Part shown: one piece after another, positions 1 through 5,532 of the stretch
How the letters are laid out: the number at the start of each line of letters is the position of its first letter
Position numbering within the stretch: the stretch's first letter is position 1
Notes under the pieces: model-generated
Seen by the model: the letters and a program-made list of their open reading frames with translations, nothing else
Databases searched by the model: none
What the model was told of the DNA's origin: nothing
Program-made: the position numbers and the translations under genes
Assembly: GCF_006345805.1 (NCBI RefSeq)
Contig: NW_021830013.1
Coordinates: 1-5,532 of the forward strand
Source: Octopus sinensis
Taxonomy: Eukaryota
Length of the DNA: 5,532 nucleotides
Reading direction: 5' to 3'

Positions 1-291
1 TTCATTTGGAAAACAAATTTTCAGCGAAGATTTGAATAAAAGATGGCTATTAGTACAAGAAATATCGATCGTTGGATTCGAAATGCAACAGATGCATTTT
101 TTTGATCAAGTATATATGCTTTGGGAGGCTTCCTGCAAGTTTTCTTTCAAATTTCTTAAAATATGAAGACCTCTGTGAAAACTGTTTTTATAACACATTT
201 TCTAATTCATTGCGTTAAAGTTGAATCCAATAACAACATTTCCCCCGCAAGACTTCTAATTGATCTGACTGAGTATTGCTTTACAACCTTT
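1..291 (-). pseudogene. Degenerate non-LTR retrotransposon (LINE) AP-endonuclease fragment
   Basis: One minus-strand frame reads KGCKAILSQIN*KSCGGNVVIGFNFNAMN*KMCYKNSFHRGLHILRNLKENLQEASQSIYT*SKKCICCISNPTIDISCTNSHLLFKSSLKICFPNE. VVIGFNFNA resembles the GDFNA motif, YT* resembles YTW (TGG>TGA) and TIDI resembles (R/T)ID, in the order and approximate spacing of the EEP/APE domain. Three in-frame stops. Recognised by eye only. Confidence 0.5.
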
Positions 292-304
292 TTATCAACA
301 TATA

Positions 305-334
305 TTGGGTTGTCCGGAAAGTTCGTGCCGATTT
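305..334. repeat. Mariner terminal inverted repeat (single, 3' end of element)
   Basis: TTGGGTTG...AAAGT...GCCGATTT next to a TA dinucleotide, 43 nt beyond the transposase stop. Resembles mellifera/cecropia-type mariner TIRs as recalled. Confidence 0.8.
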
Positions 335-377
335 TTAAAGGAAAGAAAAAGGTCAATAAATACTTGCCGTTACATTT

Positions 378-652
378 TTAATCAACCAAATATGAACCAT
401 TTTGTTACACAATGCGTCTCCATCTTTCCTTTAACTTGAAAATACCCTCTTCCCAGAATTGAGGTGGTTTCATGGCAAAGAATTTATCAAGGTTCTTTTT
501 ACGTCATCCAAAGAATTGAAATTTTTACCATTAAGACTATTCTGCAGAAACCTGAATAAGTGGAAATCCGAAGGAGCAATATCTGGTGAATATGGAGAGT
601 GGGGTAACACATCCCAGCCGAGCTGCAGCAATCTTTGCCTGGTTCCCAAAGC
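378..652 (-). pseudogene. Mariner transposase C-terminal pseudogene fragment
   Basis: Translates as ALGTRQRLLQLGWDVLPHSPYSPDIAPSDFHLFRFLQNSLNGKNFNSLDDVK/(K)NLDKFFAMKPPQFWEEGIFKLKERWRRIV*QNGSYLVD*. This includes the YSPD(I/L)APSD motif carrying the third catalytic Asp. There is a 1-nt frameshift near 495-500, a premature TAA at 405-407 and the native stop at 378-380. Confidence 0.93.
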
Positions 653-728
653 ATCAAGTGCCGAAAATGAACTTTCTTATCTTCCATTTTAAAGGATTAC
701 AGAATTAACGCAGATAACACTGCTTTTA

Positions 729-934
729 TGTGTAGCGAAAAGTGCTTTACAGTGGAATCCGGATGGATATAGAAAGAAAGGTAGGCCTAAGAACTCGTGG
801 CGTAGATCAACACAAAAGGAACTAGAGAAAGGACAGAGTATAAGTACCCATGGCAGAGTATAAGTACAGAAGCGAAAAATTATGCGACATGGAATTCAAA
901 TATAAGTGGCTTATACTCCGCGTTGGAGAGTTAA
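729..934 (+). mobile_element. RTE-clade LINE, C-terminal ORF remnant
   Basis: The frame from 735 reads AKSALQWNPDGYRKKGRPKNSWRRSTQKELEKG. After a 20-bp duplication-induced shift it continues WQSISTEAKNYATWNSNISGLYSALES* (851-934). This matches the typical RTE terminus ALxWNPxGxRxxGRPxxxWRR...W...A.NR..W...V.GL. Confidence 0.85.
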
Positions 935-1405
935 AGGCAGAAAAAAAGTATATTCATATATTCCACATTCAAAGTTCTAGTTTTCGTAATCATTTGAAAT
1001 GACTGGACTACTTGTCATGTGTTGAAACTCAAACAACTATAAGGTGGAAGGGTCATATTAGTTTTTGGGGAAAACACGAAGTGCCATGAGAGCAGGTCTA
1101 AGAACGATAGACTCCGAGTTTGTAATACAAAATCCAGTATGCCTCCTCTGTCAAATCCAAGAATTACTACTGGCCCTTGCTTCTATATCTATGTGTCCTA
1201 CAGCAAACTAGAATAAAGTCAATCTTAGCATTATTTTGTATAGTTTGGTTGATTCACAGTCTGAAAATATATCCTGGTGACTGAAATATGTAACATGATA
1301 GAACGAGGGACCTCTGTTGCTAGATCACAAAATAATTGTTTTCTCTGAATGTATATGCAGAATATACAACCGCTGAAGAGGTGGGATAAACCTTCAAGGT
1401 GAGGG

Positions 1406-1448
1406 ATATATATATATAGTTTGGAATATATATATATATATATATATA
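1406..1448. repeat. (AT)n microsatellites
   Basis: Two TA runs at 1406-1418 and 1426-1448. Confidence 0.95.
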
Positions 1449-1587
1449 CTTTATTTAAAGTAGCAGAAAATTCAACAAAACCTGTTTTGTTGAATTTTCT
1501 GCTGCTTGAAATAAAGCATATTACTCTACCACTGGTATTTGAGTACTCTTTTTTCCACCTTGTTTCACATTTATGTGTTTACTCCGG

Positions 1588-1639
<52 letters not shown>

Positions 1640-1660
1640 TGGAATAATAGTCCCTCATAT

Positions 1661-1708
<48 letters not shown>

Positions 1709-1812
1709 TATAGATAGATAGATAGGAGATAGATAAATGTGTGTATATAAATATATATATATATATGCACACTTACCTATCTCTCTCTCTCTCTCACTCT
1801 CTCTCTCTCTCA

Positions 1813-1869
<57 letters not shown>

Positions 1870-1884
1870 GTATGTATACACACA
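1588..1884. repeat. Compound microsatellite (TA)n / T10 / (GATA)n / (CT)n / (TA)n / (TATG)n
   Basis: Directly visible. It accounts for the YI/RE/LS low-complexity ORFs. Confidence 0.97.
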
Positions 1885-2043
1885 TTCATGTATCAATGAA
1901 TGTTGGTAACAATGTCTAGAATATATATACTTCCATATTGTAATTAAAAGATGGTTAGAAGTCATTGCAGAAGGATGCAGAGTTCTCGGGAGAAGATATT
2001 GAACAAATATCCATTGTAGAGTCTAGAATGGATGCGACAGATG

Positions 2044-2068
2044 AGTGTGTGTATGTGTGCATGTGTGT

Positions 2069-2103
<35 letters not shown>
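2044..2103. repeat. (GT)n microsatellite
   Basis: Directly visible. Confidence 0.95.
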
Positions 2104-2104
<1 letters not shown>

Positions 2105-2145
2105 GAGCAGAGTTGGACATATATCTATGTAGATAATTCATAGGC

Positions 2146-2226
2146 ACGCGCTTTAGTTAAGTAATTAATTAAATAATTAATTAATTAATTAACTAATTAA
2201 TTATTTAATTGATTAATGATGCGCGT
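2146..2226. repeat. AT-rich (TTAA)n-based palindrome with ACGCGC/GCGCGT flanks
   Basis: 2167-2188 versus the reverse complement of 2189-2210 matches at 21/22 positions. The 6-bp inverted flanks are at 2146-2151 and 2221-2226. Confidence 0.85.
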
Positions 2227-2354
2227 AGGGCGTGTGTAATAAACGTTTGTATAAGAACAGCTGTTTACGATTGTTTAATGTATTTAATTCAATTTAATAA
2301 CACTGTCCGCTAAATACTTAAATTTATTCCGAGATGAATTATATACGTATGCGC

Positions 2355-2411
2355 ATGTGTGTGTGCGTGTTTTTGTGTGTGGTGTGTGTGTGCGTGTGTG
2401 TGTGTGTGTGG

Positions 2412-2442
<31 letters not shown>

Positions 2443-2450
2443 TGTGCGCG
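2355..2450. repeat. Interrupted (GT)n microsatellite
   Basis: Directly visible. It accounts for the CV/HT low-complexity ORFs. Confidence 0.95.
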
Positions 2451-2670
2451 TGGGCGTGCATTTACGTATATACATTATTATGTTTATGAATGGAATAATA
2501 GAGCACGCCCAAAGACGGAAAGTGTTGCTGAGGAGGTCACAGATGTATGTCGAAGGATCTCTGGACAATAGACATGAGTTAGACTAGACGAGTGAAGAAA
2601 GAATGTACAGTGCGTGTGTGTATTTGGAAAAAAAATATGACCGTCCCGAAATTCAATAGATATATTTAAT

Positions 2671-3050
2671 TTTCTATCTTCTATTTGTTTCAGTTGTGAG
2701 ACCGCGGCCATTCTGCAGCATCGCCTTGAAGGAGTTTTGGTTTTTGGTCGAATGCATAGACACCAGAACGTTATTTTAAGACTTGTATTTTGTGCATCGT
2801 TCTCTTTTGGATGATCTGCTAAGTTATGGGAATATAAAGAAATCAATAACGGGTGTCAAGTGGTGTTAGAGAATACACATACAGATATATATATGACGGG
2901 ATTCTTTCAGTTTCTGTCTACCATATCCGCTCAAAAGGTTTTGGTCGGCTCCAAGCTATAGTAGAAGACCTTGCCCAAGGTGTCATTCAGTGGAACTGAA
3001 CCCGGAGCCATGCGGTTGGAAGCAAACTTCTTACCACGCAACCATACGCA
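2671..3050 (-). mobile_element. tRNA-derived SINE, family I, near full length
   Basis: Minus strand has A-box-like TGGTTGCGTGG (3034-3044), B-box-like GGTTCAGTTCC (2992-3002) and a CTTGGGCAAG motif. It is colinear along its whole length with the + copy at 4408-4820, including the 3' GCCTTCAAGGCGATGCTGCAGAATGGCCGCGG...ACTGAAACAA end. Confidence 0.88.
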
Positions 3051-3152
3051 CACATGCACATACACACACACACTCACATATATATGTATATATGTGTGCG
3101 TGTGTATGTGTGCGTGTGTATGTGTGTCTATATGTGCATGCATGTGTGTGTG
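3047..3152. repeat. (CA)n-(TA)n-(TG)n compound microsatellite
   Basis: Directly visible. It has a central 10-bp inverted arm pair at 3075-3084 and 3087-3096. Confidence 0.9.
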
Positions 3153-3160
3153 AAGGTGCA

Positions 3161-3215
3161 TGGCTTAGTGGTTAGGGTGTTATACTCACGATTGCAAGAT
3201 CGTGGGTTCGACTCC
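3161..3215 (+). promoter_or_regulatory. RNA polymerase III type-2 internal promoter (A box 3161-3171, B box 3205-3215)
   Basis: TGGCTTAGTGG matches TRGCNNARYGG and GGTTCGACTCC matches GGTTCGANNCC, with tRNA-like spacing. Confidence 0.8.
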
Positions 3216-3446
3216 GAGACCGGGCTTTGCGTTATGTTCTTGAGCAAGGCACTTCATTTCACGCTGCTCTGGGATCATTTCATCACCTGACATGTGGCAG
3301 GTAATGTACAGGTAACGCCGATCTGATGGAGGGAGTGAGCTTATGTCTACTCAAAACGTTTGATCACTATAAACAAATCATCTGTGTGGTTGTTCGGTAA
3401 GAAATTGTTGAACCCTCATATGTCATCTAATGATGGAAGAGTCCAA

Positions 3447-3447
<1 letters not shown>

Positions 3448-3507
<60 letters not shown>
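3448..3507. repeat. (ATT)20 microsatellite
   Basis: Perfect 60-nt trinucleotide run, followed by a short degenerate (TAT)n and (AC)n to about 3556. Confidence 0.97.
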
Positions 3508-3773
3508 GATGGTGTTATTATTATTACTATACACACACACGCACACGCACATATATGCATTCATAGATAAACAAGCGCATGATCATTCAGGTGAGTTAAT
3601 ATAGCTACGGTTGAATTATGCATTGATTCCTTTAAAAAAGAAGAAAAATGAAGGATATGATTGAGGGTGATTTAGCTGTTATGCCTGGTGATTCGATCAA
3701 GCGCACAGAATCTCCTGCAACTGGCGCCTAGGTAAGATAATGGCTGTGCTTGTGATGGCTGCTCTTGTATATT

Positions 3774-3950
3774 TATTTCTTTATTGCCAACAAGGGGCTA
3801 AACAATGAGGGGACAAACAAGGACAAAGGGATTAAGTGGATTGCATCGACCCCAGTGCATAACTGGTACTTATTTAATCAACCCCGAAAGGATGAAAGGC
3901 AAAGTCGACCACGGTGGAATTTGAACTCAGAACGTAAAGACAGACGAAAT
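3774..3950 (-). mobile_element. SINE family II, headless second body (monomer A of dimer)
   Basis: Direct repeat of 3954-4134. By hand count there are about 21 mismatches plus one 4-nt gap over 177 nt. It lacks the A-box head. Confidence 0.92.
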
Positions 3951-3951
3951 G

Positions 3952-4186
3952 CCTATTTCTTTACTACCCACAAGGGGCTAAACATAGAGAGGACAAACAA
4001 GGACAGACAAACGGATTAAGTCGATTATATCGACCCCAGTGAGTAACTGGTACTTATTTAATCGACCCTGAAAGGATGAAAGGCAAAGTCGACCTCGGCG
4101 GAATCTGAACTCAAAACGTAGCGGCAGACGAAATACCGCTAAACATTTCACCCGGTGTGTTAACGATTCTGCCAGCTCGCCGCCTT
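3952..4186 (-). mobile_element. SINE family II, full length (monomer B), Deu/Nin-like central domain
   Basis: Sense strand reads GGCGGCGAGCTGGCAGAATCGTTAAC...GAGTTCAGATTCC (B-box-like)...GGTCGACTTTGCCTTTCATCCTTTCAGGGTCGATTAAATAAGTACCAG...GGGTAGTAAAGAAATAGG. Homologous to 4208-4390 and 5418-5532. Confidence 0.92.
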
Positions 4187-4207
4187 GGGTCATAAAATGA
4201 TGGCTGA

Positions 4208-4390
4208 AAGTGCTGAACTTTCAGAATAGTTACTATTCTGGACAAAATGCTTAATGCCGACGGGGTCGTCTTTGCCATTCATGAATTCGGGGTCGATAAG
4301 AAAAGTACCAGTTGAGTACTGGGGTCGATGCAATTGACTTACTCGACTCCTTCGAAATCGCTGGCCTTGTGTCAAAATTTGAAAGCAATA
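4208..4390 (+). mobile_element. SINE family II, older copy with internal deletion and different 3' tail
   Basis: Reads CAGAATAGTTA...AAATGCTTA, then lacks about 35 nt including the B box, then GGGTCGTCTTTGCCATTCAT...GGGGTCGATAAGAAAAGTACCAG...TGGGGTCGAT. The tail CCTTGTGTCAAAATTTGAAA differs from copies A and B. Confidence 0.82.
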
Positions 4391-4407
4391 TTGTAATCAC
4401 AGAATAA

Positions 4408-4820
4408 GGCACAGGCATGGCTGTGTGGTAAGAGAGCTTGCTTCCCAACCACATAGTTTCGTGTTCAGTACTACTGCGTGAAACTTTGACCAATGGTCTT
4501 CTACTATAGCCTCAGGCCGACCGAAGTCTTGTGTAAGGATTTGGTAGATGGAAACTGAAAGAAGCCTATCATATACATGTATATATGTATATACATATGA
4601 CGTGTGCATGTGTGTGTGAGTGTGTGTATTTTTGTGTCTGCGTTTGTCCTCCACCACCATTTGACAGCCGGTACTGGTGAGTTTATGTCCCCGTAACCAA
4701 GCAGTTCGACGAAAGGAACCGATAGAATAAGTACTGGGGTCGAATCATTGGATTAAAACAAATTGCTTAAGGTGGTGCCCCAGCATGGCCGCAGTATAAT
4801 GACTGAAACAAGTGAAACAA
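4408..4820 (+). mobile_element. tRNA-derived SINE, family I, near full length with internal (TA)/(TG) tract
   Basis: Starts GGCACAGGCATGGCTGTGTGGTAAG (A-box-like 4418-4428), has a degraded B box near 4462-4472 and an internal microsatellite at 4571-4630. The 3' end reads GGTGCCCCAGCATGGCCGCAG...GACTGAAACAAG. It is the inverted homologue of 2671-3050. Confidence 0.9.
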
Positions 4821-4821
4821 A

Positions 4822-5050
4822 ACTAAAATACAAGTCTCCGAGATGGAATTCCTCTGAAGGGTCCTTAAACTAACGTTGCCCAACAGAATAGGAAACTCGG
4901 AATTCAGATCCGGATTACGGGCAAAAAACAACCGGCAGAAAACCAAGGGCGAGAGAACACGAGTAATATGGTTGGGTGACATCCATGAGCTTGGTTGGTC
5001 TCGCTTTGGGATCCAGCCGAATCAGTTGGAGACGGTTGCTTCTGATAGGC
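4822..5050 (+). mobile_element. RTE-clade (Rex3/Expander-like) LINE 3' remnant, copy 1
   Basis: Reads TKIQVSEMEFL*RVLKLTLPNRIGNSEFRSGL, then with small indels AK-TTGRKPR...TRVIWLGDIHELGWSRFGIQPNQLETVASDR. Compare the RTE consensus IQAAEMxFLRRV..L.L.DRV.S..IR..L ... GRRPRGRPRTRW.D....L.W.RLGI.P.EL..VA.DR. Confidence 0.82.
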
Positions 5051-5340
5051 CTTTTCGGGAGGCTTCCATGTAGAGCCGCTACTTTTCCGAGTTAGAGAGA
5101 TCACAGCACTGATGCATAAAAAATGTCTCGGGAAAAATGTCTCGGGAAAAAATCTCTGGACAAGTTTTACAGACAAAATCAACCGGAAATGGACCTAAGA
5201 GTAGATTCTAATGAAGACGGTTAGAAAACATTCGTGAGCTTGGATGGTCCTGCTCGAGGATCTCGCTGGATCCATTGAAGACAGGTGCTTTTGACAGGGC
5301 TTGATTAAAAGCGTGATTGGGGACTCTGCTCCCATGATCC
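5051..5340 (+). mobile_element. RTE-clade (Rex3/Expander-like) LINE 3' remnant, copy 2
   Basis: Reads FREA/HVEPLLFRV/ERSQH*, then MSREKISGQVLQTKSTGNGPKSRF**RRLENIRELGWSCSRISLDPLKTGAFDRA*LKA*LGTLLP*S. Compare the consensus IREELGVEPLLLRIERSQLRW...MPxGRLPxxVF.A.PTGRRP...LLPPRP. It contains a perfect 14-bp tandem duplication at 5119-5146. Confidence 0.82.
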
Positions 5341-5417
5341 TCACACGAATCAGTGAGCAAAGATAAGAGACGAGATATCATAATCACAATAAGATCATTT
5401 CTATTCTAATATAAAAA

Positions 5418-5532
5418 GGCAGCGGGATGGTAGAGTCGTTAGCACGCCGAACGAAATGCTTAGCGGCATTTCGTCCGTCCTTACGTTCTGAGTTCAAGTT
5501 CCGCCGAAATCGACTTTGCCTTTCATTCTCCG
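5418..5532 (+). mobile_element. SINE family II, 5' part, cut by window end
   Basis: GGCAGCGGGATGGTAGAGTCGTTAGCACGCCGAACGAAATGCTTAGCGGCATTTCGTCCG...GAGTTCAAGTTCCGCCGAAATCGACTTTGCCTTTCAT aligns with the reverse complement of about 4076-4184. Confidence 0.92.

Larger units (their letters stand above)
303..652 (-). mobile_element. Mariner (Tc1/mariner) DNA transposon, 3' remnant, 5'-truncated
   Basis: TA (303-304) is followed by the TIR-like TTGGGTTGTCCGGAAAGTTCGTGCCGATTT (305-334), then a short 3' UTR and the transposase C-terminus on the minus strand. Homology stops near 652 and no partner TIR is present in the window. Confidence 0.92.
3155..3507 (+). mobile_element. tRNA-derived SINE, family III, probably ending in an (ATT)n tail
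   Basis: tRNA-like head GGTGCATGGCTTAGTGGTTAGGG...GGGTTCGACTCC followed by a TTCTTGAGCAAGGCACTT post-tRNA motif. The unique body runs to about 3446 and is followed by (ATT)20. The 3' boundary is inferred. Confidence 0.8.

Noticed and set aside
163-692. Supplied ORFs 163-381, 459-692 and 499-687
   Set aside because: They are antisense or off-frame shadows of the LINE and mariner remnants, with no independent protein signal.
1003-1059. LDYLSCVETQTTIRWKGHI resembles the RTE 'RWxGH' motif
   Set aside because: The match is too short, and I could not recover the expected downstream motifs in any frame.
1421-1919. ORFs rich in YI, RE and LS repeats
   Set aside because: They are translations of (TA)n and (CT)n microsatellites.
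1971-2044. Acidic open stretch KDAEFSGEDIEQISIVESRMDATDE after a CAG
   Set aside because: There is no polypyrimidine tract, the only donor falls at the start of a (GT)n repeat, and I recognise no homology.
2284-2846. ORFs 2284-2568, 2357-2587, 2359-2571 and 2484-2846
   Set aside because: They are driven by the (GT)n tract or overlap a SINE. The non-repetitive part (about 2480-2620) resembles nothing I recognise.
3155-3225. Possible genuine tRNA gene
   Set aside because: The A and B boxes are good, but the acceptor and anticodon stems do not pair properly and the sequence continues into a SINE body.
2931-3290. ORFs spanning the SINE heads and the CA/TG tract
   Set aside because: They are low-complexity or SINE-derived sequence.
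3676-3737. TAG|GTAAGA donor with upstream TTTAG acceptor
   Set aside because: The acceptor is weak, there is no recognisable peptide, and the region may itself be a decayed repeat.
3848-4743. Recurrent GGGGTCGA/TCGACCCC motifs suggesting a CRISPR-like or regulatory array
   Set aside because: Spacing is irregular and orientation is mixed. They are fully explained as internal SINE motifs in eukaryotic DNA.
4767-5182. ORFs 4767-4982, 4876-5073 and 4904-5182 as genes
   Set aside because: 4876-5073 is part of the decayed RTE ORF with a TTG start, and the other two are its antisense shadows.

Overview
AT-rich, repeat-saturated eukaryotic DNA (intron or intergenic) with no supportable intact protein-coding gene. 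The supplied ORFs are microsatellite artefacts or pieces/shadows of decayed transposons. The SINE families and the dense (TA)/(GT)/(ATT) microsatellites look like octopus (coleoid cephalopod) genomic DNA; this is recognition from memory, not a database result. Contents in order: a degenerate LINE AP-endonuclease remnant (-, 1-291); the 3' end of a mariner transposon with TIR, TA target and YSPDIAPSD motif (-, 303-652); an RTE-LINE C-terminal remnant (+, 729-934); microsatellites; an AT-rich palindrome (2146-2226); seven tRNA-type SINE copies or part-copies from three families, including a head-body-body dimer with a Deu/Nin-like central domain; and two tandem Rex3/Expander-like RTE remnants (+, 4822-5340). 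I found no convincing novel biological system. The points worth checking concern transposon architecture, potential dsRNA or Pol III read-through, and two weak micro-exon candidates.
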